Below are positions 16,001-24,669 of a stretch of DNA of 39,282 bases, one piece after another. The notes below the pieces were generated by a model. The model did not search any database. It saw only the letters and a program-made list of their open reading frames with translations, and was not told where the DNA came from. The stretch lies in sequence record NZ_CP023006.1; one strand, given 5' to 3'. Every line of letters starts with the position of its first letter. Positions within the stretch are counted from its first letter, which is position 1. Source of the stretch: a plasmid. The translations under genes and the position numbers were made by a program.

Positions 16001-17326
16001 CTTGAAGAGGAAGAGCCTAACATCTTTAAAGACAAAAACAAAACTTTTGTTGATTTGTACGTTAAATCTGGATTGTATTTAACCGAAATCATCAAACGTC
16101 TTTATATTGGTCTGGAAGATCAAATACCTGAGTCAAATGAACGTTTGACTCATATCTTAGAAAAACAGATTTATGGTTTTGCTCCAAGCAATATTATTTA
16201 TAGCATTGCAAAGAACTTTGTTTTTTCACCCTTTCCAAATTTAGATAATTCACATTTAAAACAGTTAGATATGATTCCTTATGCCAAAAGAGAGAAGAGG
16301 CTGGATATGAAATTTGACGTAGTGGTGGGAAATCCACCTTATCAGGAAACAGCAAATGGTAAAAGTACTAAAGACGTTCCAGTTTATAATTACTTTTATG
16401 ATTTAGCAGAAAGAGTTTCAACAAAATATATTTTAATTTCTCCAGCTCGTTTCTTATTTAATGCCGGCAGTACCGATAAAAAATGGAATAAGAAGATGCT
16501 TTCAAATAAACATATAAAGGTTGTTTTTTATGAGCAAGATGCAGCAAAGATTTTTCCAAATACCGATATTAAGGGTGGGATTGCTATCCTATATAGAAAT
16601 AAAGATAAAGATTTCGGAAACATTGGATTGTTTACTCCTTTTGAAGAATTAGATTCCATCTCTAATAAAGTATCTAAGTTGACATATCGGACACTAGACG
16701 AAATTATTTCTAATCGTGGTCAATATAGATTTTCAGATTTAATTTACAAAGAATATCCGAATGATATGAAGAAAATTTCAGACAGAAGAATCGCTTCTAA
16801 CGCGTTTAATAACCTCCCAAATTTATTTACAGAAAAAGAACCACACAATAAGTTCAATTATATAAGGATATTAGGTCGTTTAGACAATCAACGCATTTAT
16901 AGGTGGTTTAGGCGCGATTATTTACAAGAACCCATAACTTTTGAAAAATGGAAAATAATACTACCTAAAGCTAATGGAAGTGGGGCAATTGGAGAAGTAT
17001 TAAGTACACCCCTAATCGGTAAACCCCTAATCGGGTTTACCGAGACTTTTATTTCAATTGGTGTTTTTGATAATAAGTTAGAAGCTCAAAATGCTCTAAA
17101 ATATGTCCAAAGTAAATTTGCACGAACTATGCTGGGAATTTTAAAAATTACACAGGACAATCCAAAGGATAAGTGGTCAAAGGTTCCTCTTCAAGACTTC
17201 ACACAAAATTCAGATATAGATTGGACTAAGTCAATATCTGATATTGATCAGCAACTTTATAAAAAATATGGACTAAATCAAAAAGAAATTAATTTTATTG
17301 AAAATAAAGTTAAATCAATGAATTAA
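13094..17326 (+). CDS. Large multidomain protein, 1410 aa: T5orf172 (GIY-YIG superfamily) domain + SF2 DExH helicase + K/E-rich coiled coil + gamma-class N6-adenine MTase (NPPY) + TRD-like C-terminus; Type ISP-RM-like architecture
   Basis: GTG start with AAGGAG 11 nt upstream. aa 14-60 IVYPQIYAYTL..GWIKIGYTERKNVDDRIKEQ (T5orf172-like). Helicase motif I AKPRFGKT (aa 160-166), II VIDESH (aa 275-280), III LSGTPF, VI-like QAAFRAQN (aa 524-531). MTase motif X IFTPKRVVKLML (F957), motif IV FDVVVGNPPYQ (N1080-Y1083). Eco57I/TaqI-like post-NPPY region (YFYDLAERVSTKYILISPARFL) and C-terminal YKKYGLNQKEINFIE helix. Confidence 0.85.
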   Translation: MKNQPAINTTKIVYPQIYAYTLPTEKEDLGWIKIGYTERKNVDDRIKEQTHTAAIRLTYSKLWSEPAKFAKNEGWFKDKQFHSYLRRYKKVSQRQGTEWFYYDGHPQKSHQDFMDFRNNQKSQIKEQLTYQLRPEQVAAVHQTLDYAHNHPNSEFLWNAKPRFGKTLTTYDLARKLDAKTVLVVTNRPAVANSWFDDFEKFISWQTSYAFISTNDTLKDRPVLTIDEFNNEPFSGSKKDKMITFISLQDLKGAISFGGNYDKLKWVKDSHWDLLVIDESHEGVDTFKTDIAFNNINRDFTLNLSGTPFKAVASGKFKQNQIYNWTYADEQQAKANWHDSEKNNPYRSLPKLNLFSYQMSPMITDEVNQGAQINGDNIDYAFDLNEFFATNQNGHFIHEMDIKKWLDTLTHNEKYPFSTKELRNKLKHTFWLLNRVASAKALEKLLKEHPVFKDYEIILAAGDGHGFDDDQTINEKSLDKVKREIKKNDKTITLSVGQLTTGVTIPEWTAVLVLSNLKSPSQYMQAAFRAQNPWEHMVNGQVYQKENAYVFDFAPERTLTIYDEFANDLSKQTSNGNGTTKDREKNIGRLLNFFPVIAEDKQGKMVELNVNQVLTIPRAIKAQEVVRRGFMSNLLFANISGIFASAGAREILEQLNPVDTGKKVSHKTEKKIDTRNVKVNDKGEVEVNPEIVVAKTSAHFGEKVYGDITDKIEQASNQDINLVKLTSDTFKKKTLAAAKNIAKENGLTATTAEHIIQQHSNFLAREVQVIQKQKNIKEAQNKVDLKQAIEKSQDNPEEIAKAQTAFENRKQQIERGYKEKLTKKVADQTKQLTNQTTETLLKKAEEKKKNTVEDDIRARLRGFARTIPSFLMAYGASTTELANFDQNIKGDVFKEVTGITLDQFRSLRDTYHFFDETTFNESVQEFLRKRSQLANYFDESQDEDIFDYVPAQKTNQIFTPKRVVKLMLDKLEEEEPNIFKDKNKTFVDLYVKSGLYLTEIIKRLYIGLEDQIPESNERLTHILEKQIYGFAPSNIIYSIAKNFVFSPFPNLDNSHLKQLDMIPYAKREKRLDMKFDVVVGNPPYQETANGKSTKDVPVYNYFYDLAERVSTKYILISPARFLFNAGSTDKKWNKKMLSNKHIKVVFYEQDAAKIFPNTDIKGGIAILYRNKDKDFGNIGLFTPFEELDSISNKVSKLTYRTLDEIISNRGQYRFSDLIYKEYPNDMKKISDRRIASNAFNNLPNLFTEKEPHNKFNYIRILGRLDNQRIYRWFRRDYLQEPITFEKWKIILPKANGSGAIGEVLSTPLIGKPLIGFTETFISIGVFDNKLEAQNALKYVQSKFARTMLGILKITQDNPKDKWSKVPLQDFTQNSDIDWTKSISDIDQQLYKKYGLNQKEINFIENKVKSMN

Positions 17327-17346
17327 AGGCCAATAAGGAGGAAAAA

Positions 17347-18324
17347 ATGAACTTTACAGAGAAAAAATTAAAGTCTTTCTCGATGCCACTCAGTGATACA
17401 GAAGATCAAAAATGTAAGCATGCTATTCAAGAAGTTAGAAATTCTATGGCTAACTTGGGATTTGAGGAGTCTTCTAATGGAATAACTCGTGTATTTGACA
17501 ATACTAGTTCCTATCAAACATTCATGAAAAATAATGAATCGGGCGAAAAAATCAAAATTTTTCTCCAGGGATCCTATGCAAATAATACTAATATCAAAGC
17601 AGAAAGTGACGTTGATGTTGCTATAGTAAGAGAAGAAATTTTTAACACACTTTTTCGTAGTGAAGGAGTATACCCTCAAAATAATGAAACGTTTGGATTT
17701 TATAATGTACCACAAAAGCCAATAACATTTAAAGATCGTGTAGACACATGCTTAAGAGCTAGCTTTCACGAGCAAGTAATAAGACATAATAAGTCAATTA
17801 GGGTTTTGGGAAATAGTTACAGAAAAAATGCTGACACAGTCCCAGCTAATCGTTACAGAAACTATCAAGGAAACTATTCAAATGATCCTGAAGACTATGT
17901 TGGAGGGATAATAATTAAACCAGATTATGGAACTTCTATAATTAATTATCCAGAACAACATATACGCATGGGAAGGCAGAAAAACATAGCAACAAATCAT
18001 TTTTATAAAAAACAAGTTAGAATAATGAAAAGCATTAAAAACTTAATGACTGATGAGGGATATACATCCGCACAAAAAATGTCATCTTTTGGTTTGGAGT
18101 CATTAACTTGGAATATACCTGATAACATTTTCACTAAATATGACCAGCTAAGATTTGTTTTCGATGATATTGTTATCTATTTGACCGACCATGCAGATAA
18201 TGTAGCTAACTTTAAAGAGGCAAATGGTATAAAAAGACTTTGTAATGATGAAAATCAAGTTACGGATTATCTAAACTTTATTTCGGATTTAAAATCATTC
18301 TATGAATTTGAAATAGGAGATTAG
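17347..18324 (+). CDS. cGAS/DncV-like nucleotidyltransferase (SMODS/CD-NTase-like), copy B
   Basis: Identical to 4253..5230 (+13094). Confidence 0.75.
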   Translation: MNFTEKKLKSFSMPLSDTEDQKCKHAIQEVRNSMANLGFEESSNGITRVFDNTSSYQTFMKNNESGEKIKIFLQGSYANNTNIKAESDVDVAIVREEIFNTLFRSEGVYPQNNETFGFYNVPQKPITFKDRVDTCLRASFHEQVIRHNKSIRVLGNSYRKNADTVPANRYRNYQGNYSNDPEDYVGGIIIKPDYGTSIINYPEQHIRMGRQKNIATNHFYKKQVRIMKSIKNLMTDEGYTSAQKMSSFGLESLTWNIPDNIFTKYDQLRFVFDDIVIYLTDHADNVANFKEANGIKRLCNDENQVTDYLNFISDLKSFYEFEIGD

Positions 18325-18325
18325 A

Positions 18326-18886
18326 ATGAAAAGTGAAGAGAAAGGACTTATTAAATATAGTGTTACTATAGGAATTATTGTTTTTGTTGTTCTTTGTGTT
18401 ACACATAATTTGAATATTAGACTAAATACATTGAAGTCTATTACGGATTACGCGGGAGATTCTATATCTATTAGTGTAATTTTTGCATTTTTTTATGAAA
18501 AATATATTTGGCGTTGGAATCCATTTGAAAAACATCCGAGACTTGCTAAAAAATATTCTGGTTATCTTATTTCAACCTTTGATGATAAAAAAAGAACACT
18601 CGAACTAGACTTGAAACAAACTTTAATGACTTGCAAAGTACATCAAAAAACTGAAGAAAGCGACAGCGATGCAATTAATACAAATATAATAGATATAAAT
18701 GGACGAAGTGCCCTTGTTTACACCTATTTAAATGTTCCAAGGCTAAATGTCCGAGAAAGAAGCCCTATACATTATGGAAGTGCTATTCTTTTTATTAACA
18801 GTCAAGAAAAACTTAATGGAGGATACTTTACTGATAGGAAAACGACCGGTCAGATAACTGCTGAGAAAAAGATTAAACCGATTTAA
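18326..18886 (+). CDS. Two-TM Cap15-like effector, copy B
   Basis: Identical to 5232..5792 (+13094). Confidence 0.6.
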   Translation: MKSEEKGLIKYSVTIGIIVFVVLCVTHNLNIRLNTLKSITDYAGDSISISVIFAFFYEKYIWRWNPFEKHPRLAKKYSGYLISTFDDKKRTLELDLKQTLMTCKVHQKTEESDSDAINTNIIDINGRSALVYTYLNVPRLNVRERSPIHYGSAILFINSQEKLNGGYFTDRKTTGQITAEKKIKPI

Positions 18887-19078
18887 GTAATAACTTATAA
18901 AAAATTCATAATATTTAATTACATTAGGGGCCATAATTAACAAATACCCCCTTGAAAAGACCGATAAAACAGCCCCTAACAAATCAACTTGGTTTGTTAG
19001 GGGCTGTTTTTTAGATTATACTTAAAATAACGCCTATAATGGTTGGATTCTAATGCTTAAAAAAGAGGTGACTAGGTT

Positions 19079-19351
19079 ATGGTGCAATAACTTGTTTTAC
19101 CAATCAAAGATTCTAACGTCCTAACAAGTGTCCAGGAGACGCTGTTGGATAGTTTTCGAGCTGGTCGGCGTAATTACACCATTTTTCAACTGGGTAAAGC
19201 GACCTTACTACGGGTCAGTGATGTCATGCAGCTGAAAAAGGTTGATGTCTTTAACGCCGATGGTACGATTAAGCAAAATACGTTTATCCTCGACCAAAAA
19301 ACGGGTAAAGCTAACACTCTTTATCTCAAACCAGTGCAGACTGTATATTAA
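19079..19351 (+). pseudogene. Tyrosine recombinase pseudogene fragment, copy B
   Basis: Identical to 5985..6257 (+13094). Confidence 0.8.
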
Positions 19352-20337
19352 TCTTTTGGAAATATTTTTTCATTGATAACAACGACTGTTTTTTCGCTAA
19401 TGCCCATTCTATATTCAAATAATAAATCTACTAATTCATCACCATCAACTAAGGTAATTAAATTAGCTCCTTGACGCGATCTACTGACAGCATCATTTGT
19501 ATAGGTAGAAGTCGTTACAAATATCCCTCTGTCTGCATTATGACCACTAATGGTACCAGCAAAATTACTGATATCTGGTCCTGTAACCGGACCTTTTGTA
19601 AATCGCTTAGTTTGTAACACAATTTTATATGTCATCAACTCAGGGGTTCTTAAATAACCTATGCCATCAATGCCACTATCTCCTGTTTTTGAAGTGGTAT
19701 CCATTTTAATGCCTATTTTTCGCATAAGATTTACAATCAATTCTTCAAACTTATATGGATTCATTTCACTCAATCGCTGTAATAATTGATCTCGCCATAA
19801 TTCAGAATCATCTGTTTCTTCTACAATGTCTTCGTCCAGATTGGCAATATTGACATTTGAAGATGATAGTATTTCATCTTTCTTTTTTTGATTATTTAGC
19901 TTCTTTTTTTGCCAAACAGGAGTAGATATTGAGTATACATCGTCCCATACATCAAAGTTATTTATATCAACGTCTTCTCCCATCTGTGTCAAGGCCCATA
20001 CTCCCCACTGTGGTGAATAAAGTAATCCGGCTTTCTTTAAATTAGACATAGACCACTGCAATCTAAAATCTAACTGACTTTGACCATTACTAGACTTTTT
20101 CTCTCTATCTGCATCTGTAAAATAAGGATATTCAACAGCCTTTTCTTTGACAAGAGCAGCTTTAGTTGGCCCCCCATAAGACTGTAATGCTTGTAAAATA
20201 GCCACTACACCAAACTTCTCCATATAGTTCAAGTTTTTATTAGAATTCACGAAGCTGAGCCAATTCTTAGGCATATCAGCTTCCAATTCTGTTATTTTAC
20301 GAGTGATTCCGAAATGATCATACGCTAAATCTACCAT
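19348..20337 (-). CDS. mrr: Mrr-family type IV restriction endonuclease, copy B
   Basis: Identical to 6254..7243 (+13094). Confidence 0.8.
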   Translation of the reverse strand: MVDLAYDHFGITRKITELEADMPKNWLSFVNSNKNLNYMEKFGVVAILQALQSYGGPTKAALVKEKAVEYPYFTDADREKKSSNGQSQLDFRLQWSMSNLKKAGLLYSPQWGVWALTQMGEDVDINNFDVWDDVYSISTPVWQKKKLNNQKKKDEILSSSNVNIANLDEDIVEETDDSELWRDQLLQRLSEMNPYKFEELIVNLMRKIGIKMDTTSKTGDSGIDGIGYLRTPELMTYKIVLQTKRFTKGPVTGPDISNFAGTISGHNADRGIFVTTSTYTNDAVSRSRQGANLITLVDGDELVDLLFEYRMGISEKTVVVINEKIFPKD

Positions 20338-20815
20338 GTTTAATCCATCCTTATAAATTTTATTTTTATTATACACTTACGTTTACAGATTATTTTAATG
20401 TGGTTAAGCTGACACCAGCTTGCCCGACGCGGGTAGCGTTCTGCATGACATGCTCCCGATGAAATCGACCATGCAACGGTAAATTGCCCTGTCACGGCGT
20501 GACCCGCCGGAGGTTTTACGAGCCGGATAATAGGCGCTGTAAAATAGCAGTTTTCCCAGAAGGAAGGGAAAACGCTACTGTAATCGCTTGTCGATTACTT
20601 GCCTCGCAGAGCCTGTCCAAAATATTATTTTGGTATAACAGGCTATACCAGATTTTTAACGGTGTTATACTGGTCTTGGAAAACCTTTTTCGAGGAGGCA
20701 TTTTTGATGGCGCATTTACAAAATCGCCCCTCAAAAATATTGAAAGAATAACCCCTAATATCTATAATGCAGATATTAGGGGTTATTTATTTTCATATTA
20801 TAAAAATGACTTCTT

Positions 20816-21172
20816 CTATTCGTCATTTTTTCGATACCTTTTAGAACGATTTTGACCAGGAAATAAACGATCATGCGATCCGACTCGAATGCCAATTAAG
20901 ACTAGTTCATCTTTATCAATCGTATAAACCACCAGGACATCGTTAGTTTCGCTTGGTGTTTTGTTTTTCGGGGTATCTCGCAAGTGAAATTCATTATAAC
21001 CGCTCATTCGCCGATTAAGCTCATGATCTTCAAATTCTGGTGGTAATTGTTGTTGCTCAAGCAACAGGTCAATGGCTGCTCGAACTTCATTAATAATAGA
21101 TTTGTCTAAACTGGCTAACCGTTTTAGATCAGCATTAAAGGTTGCACGTGGTTTAAATCTTAGTTTTTTCAT
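20816..21172 (-). CDS. RelE/YafQ-like toxin, copy B
   Basis: Identical to 7722..8078 (+13094). Confidence 0.7.
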   Translation of the reverse strand: MKKLRFKPRATFNADLKRLASLDKSIINEVRAAIDLLLEQQQLPPEFEDHELNRRMSGYNEFHLRDTPKNKTPSETNDVLVVYTIDKDELVLIGIRVGSHDRLFPGQNRSKRYRKNDE

Positions 21173-21459
21173 TATTTAAACTGGCCCCAATAATCATCAT
21201 CTGATTCAACAATTTCATCGTCAGGTAAAACATGGCGTTTAATTAACTGATCACGTGCAATTGCATATTCTAACGAACCTTCTTTAGCTTTTAATGCTCT
21301 TTCTAGCCACTCCATTTTTTCTTGTGAAACAATGGCTACTGCGCGACTATTTGAACGAGCAATATAAACGGTTTCGTCTTCGTCATTAACTTGATCTAAA
21401 TATTTTTTTAGGTTAGCGCGAAAATCGCTCTGTGTTAATGCTAATGTCATATTTACCAC
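21172..21459 (-). CDS. Phd/YefM antitoxin, copy B
   Basis: Identical to 8078..8365 (+13094). Confidence 0.75.
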   Translation of the reverse strand: MVNMTLALTQSDFRANLKKYLDQVNDEDETVYIARSNSRAVAIVSQEKMEWLERALKAKEGSLEYAIARDQLIKRHVLPDDEIVESDDDYWGQFK

Positions 21460-21526
21460 CCTTTCATTGTACTTAATATTGTACTTTAATTTGTACTAAA
21501 AATCAATTTTTTAAGGAGCTAAAACT

Positions 21527-22114
21527 ATGCAACAAGTTGTCTTACCCATCAAAGATTCAAACGTTCTCAAAGAGGTGCAAGATACCTTACTCAACAACTT
21601 TAAAGCTGGCCGGCGTAACTATACAGTTTTTCAAGTTGGCAAAGCAACACTGTTGCGAGTCAGTGATGTCATGCGCTTAAAACAAACCGATATTTTTAAT
21701 CCGGACGGTTCTATTAAACAAAATGCGTTTATTCATGACCGAAAAACGGGTAAACCGAATACCTTGTACCTTAAACCTGTTCAAACAGAGCTCTTATTGT
21801 ACCGTCAATGGCTGCTTGATCATAAACTGGATTCTGAATGGCTCTTTCCTTCAATTCAACACCCAGAACGCCATATCACGGAAAAACAGTTCTACAAAAT
21901 TATGAGTAAGGTTGGCGATCTTTTAAGCATTAATTATCTAGGTACTCATACGATGCGCAAAACTGGGGCTTATCGTGTTTACACGCAATCAAATTACAAT
22001 ATTGGTTTAGTCATGCACTTATTAAATCATTCAAGTGAAGCCATGACTTTAGCTTATTTAGGCTTAGACCAAGCCAGTACCGAAACGATGTTAGATCAAA
22101 TTGATTTTGGTTAG
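21527..22114 (+). CDS. Short tyrosine recombinase, copy B
   Basis: Identical to 8433..9020 (+13094). Confidence 0.85.
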   Translation: MQQVVLPIKDSNVLKEVQDTLLNNFKAGRRNYTVFQVGKATLLRVSDVMRLKQTDIFNPDGSIKQNAFIHDRKTGKPNTLYLKPVQTELLLYRQWLLDHKLDSEWLFPSIQHPERHITEKQFYKIMSKVGDLLSINYLGTHTMRKTGAYRVYTQSNYNIGLVMHLLNHSSEAMTLAYLGLDQASTETMLDQIDFG

Positions 22115-22530
22115 TTTTATTTGGATTTTTAGTTGTTGCCGAAGGCAACTTCTGAGACAGATTTTAAGCACAAAACCTCCACTAATTTTTAGTGGCGTGT
22201 AAGTGCGCCTTGACCGAGATTTGCTCGGTTTGCGGACTCACATAGATGTTCTATGTGTAAGTGCGCATTAAACTCATTTCATTCCGTTTAATGACGCTAA
22301 AAAATAGCTAACTTGATCATTAAAATAAAAGGTTTTTTTAGTTCAATGCGCATTTACACGTCAACTAACTTTGACGTGTTTCGATACCCCAAAAATTGTA
22401 TTAGATTTCGCTGCGCTCAAACAAATCTTTTTAATTGCTTTACACCGTTTTTCTTTCTAAACTTAATCACAATCTTTGAATAACTAACTATAAAAAGATG
22501 CCTTTAATTTAAACCTGAAATAATTAGCTA

Positions 22531-22743
22531 ATGTTAGGAGTCATTAAGCTGGACGAAAAGAAAGTATTAAAACCAATTGATGAAATGCTTGCTGATCCTT
22601 GGCAAGTTGATATTCAAGAATTGTTTGAAGCTTCTGTCAATGAACCTGACGAGATCAAAAGGAATTTGTATGATTCCCTATATACTTATATTTTACAAAA
22701 AAGACAAGAAGATATTATTAATCGTCCTGGCTTTGCTATTTAG
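22531..22743 (+). CDS. Hypothetical 70-aa protein, copy B
   Basis: Identical to 9437..9649 (+13094). Confidence 0.3.
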   Translation: MLGVIKLDEKKVLKPIDEMLADPWQVDIQELFEASVNEPDEIKRNLYDSLYTYILQKRQEDIINRPGFAI

Positions 22744-23213
22744 TCCTCTAAAAGCTCACTGAGGGCTTTTTATTTTTGCTTTGGTGTAAATGTATATGAA
22801 TAGTCTTAAAATCGCTGAGAACAAAAAATAAGGCCCTTAAAAAGTGACATAGCAGTTAAATCTTTATCAAGTTTTAGAAAAGCTAACTGTTTGCTGTCAA
22901 TGGTAGCGGACGAGCAAAGCGTGGGAGCATAAGGAATTGACAGCTCTTAACTAGTCTTAACACTGAATTGGCGAAAGCCAAAGTTTCTATAAAACTTTGC
23001 TTTCCTGCCTAACGGCGAGTGAAAAAGCGGTCAAGCTGGCTCAGCTTGGATGGGGTTCGGGGCGTTAGCGCCCGATTAAATGTGGCTTGCCACACCTTTT
23101 TAGGCAACGAACGAAGTGAGGCGCAAGAAGCGTAGCGACTGGAGTTTAATGTGAGCCGGTTTTTGGCTCACTCCTTTGTGTTTTTTGTTTCTAGATTTTA
23201 ATCTCGTACAGCG

Positions 23214-23439
23214 GTGCCTCTTATATACCTCTTTTATAAACCTCTTTTAAACCTCTTTTAGACCCCTCTTGAGCCTTACTCTCCCAAGGCTCACAGAAGG
23301 TTATCAAGTACCTTTTGTCTGTTTATCAAGTACCTTTTGTCTGTTTATCAAGTACCTTTTGTCTGTTTATCAAGTACCTTTTGTCTGTTTATCAAGTACC
23401 TTTATAAGTTCTGTACTTGATAAAAAGGTACTTTTATTT
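23214..23439. repeat. Replication origin (short DRs + 22-bp iterons), copy B
   Basis: Identical to 10120..10345 (+13094). Confidence 0.85.
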
Positions 23440-23463
23440 TAATATGTGTTTGAGGTGATAATC

Positions 23464-24399
23464 ATGTCTAATGAGTTAGTTAAGTATGATCCTGAGTTGA
23501 ATACTATTCCCTTGAGAAAATTTACCCCAATTGAGATGAATTTATTTTTTTCAATTGTTTCCCGCATGCGGGATCAAGGGAATAAAACTGTTCGTTTCTC
23601 TTTTGACCAGTTAAAAGAGCTTAGTAACTATAAACCAACCGCAAATAAACGTTTTATTGATGATATTGAAAATACATACCAAAAGATCCTCAGCCTTAGG
23701 TTTGGCCGTAGAAGTAAGAGTGGCTTAAATCGTGAATTTTTTGTTATGTTTACTGAATTTGAAATTAAAGGTGAAGCTGAAGAACCTTATGTTGATATTC
23801 AGGTTTATCCCAAAGCATTGCACTTGCTAAACGATTTAGAAAGTTGGGTTCGTTATGCCCTAACAGAATTTAGAAATTTAAAAAGCAGTTACGCTAAAAC
23901 AATGTTTCGTCTAATTAAGCAATTTCGAACTACTGGCTATTCTTATTTCTCTAAAGAAGATTTTTTTGAATTGCTTGATATACCTAAAAGTTATTGGAAT
24001 AGTCCTTCAAATGTTGACAAAAAGGTTATTAAGCCAATTAGAGAAGAATTAACCCCGCTTTTTAGAGGGCTAACGATTAGAAAAAAATATGGTAAAGGCA
24101 GAGGAAAACCAGTTATCGGTTATTCTTTTACTTGGAAACCTGAAAGCAAGGACGCAAATGATTTTTCTCAAGGCAAATTTCAAGATGAGCGTCAAAAACT
24201 CTTTAACATTCAACACAATGATGAATTATCAGATAAAGAAAAGTGGCGTGCAATTGACAAAGTTAAATGCTTGCCTTTAGGAACAACTGAAAAACAGGTA
24301 CTGGCTGAAAAACAAGCTGAACATGATCAAAAAATCAGAGATCAAGCAAGACAAGAAGCACTTGCTGAACTCCGAAAGGGGCTTGGAAATAATGCCTAA
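23464..24399 (+). CDS. repB: RepB replication initiator, copy B
   Basis: Identical to 10370..11305 (+13094). Confidence 0.85.
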   Translation: MSNELVKYDPELNTIPLRKFTPIEMNLFFSIVSRMRDQGNKTVRFSFDQLKELSNYKPTANKRFIDDIENTYQKILSLRFGRRSKSGLNREFFVMFTEFEIKGEAEEPYVDIQVYPKALHLLNDLESWVRYALTEFRNLKSSYAKTMFRLIKQFRTTGYSYFSKEDFFELLDIPKSYWNSPSNVDKKVIKPIREELTPLFRGLTIRKKYGKGRGKPVIGYSFTWKPESKDANDFSQGKFQDERQKLFNIQHNDELSDKEKWRAIDKVKCLPLGTTEKQVLAEKQAEHDQKIRDQARQEALAELRKGLGNNA

Positions 24400-24669
24400 A
24401 ACAATTAGAGAACTTGCTGATGAATTTGGTGTATCAAAACAAGCCATTAGGGAAAAAATAGATGCAAACTTTAGTTGTTGTTAATTCGGGATATTTGCTG
24501 TTAAAGCAACATTCATTGGTGGCAACAACCAGAACCAAATCAATTATATTTTAGCTTGAAGATTGATACCTAGTTTAAAAAACGACAAGAACGACAACCA
24601 AGTTTAAGCTTTGCTTGTCGATTGGTGTTCTTGTCGTTTTTAACTTATAATTTAAGGCGGATTAATTAG

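Noticed and set aside
13094-17326. Large protein as a conjugative anti-restriction helicase-methylase (ArdC-like / SNF2-MTase of ICEs)
   Set aside because: No relaxase, T4SS or any transfer genes on the unit. The protein has a nuclease-family N-domain and a TRD-like C-terminus in Type ISP order. I kept the RM-like interpretation but flagged it for profile-search verification.
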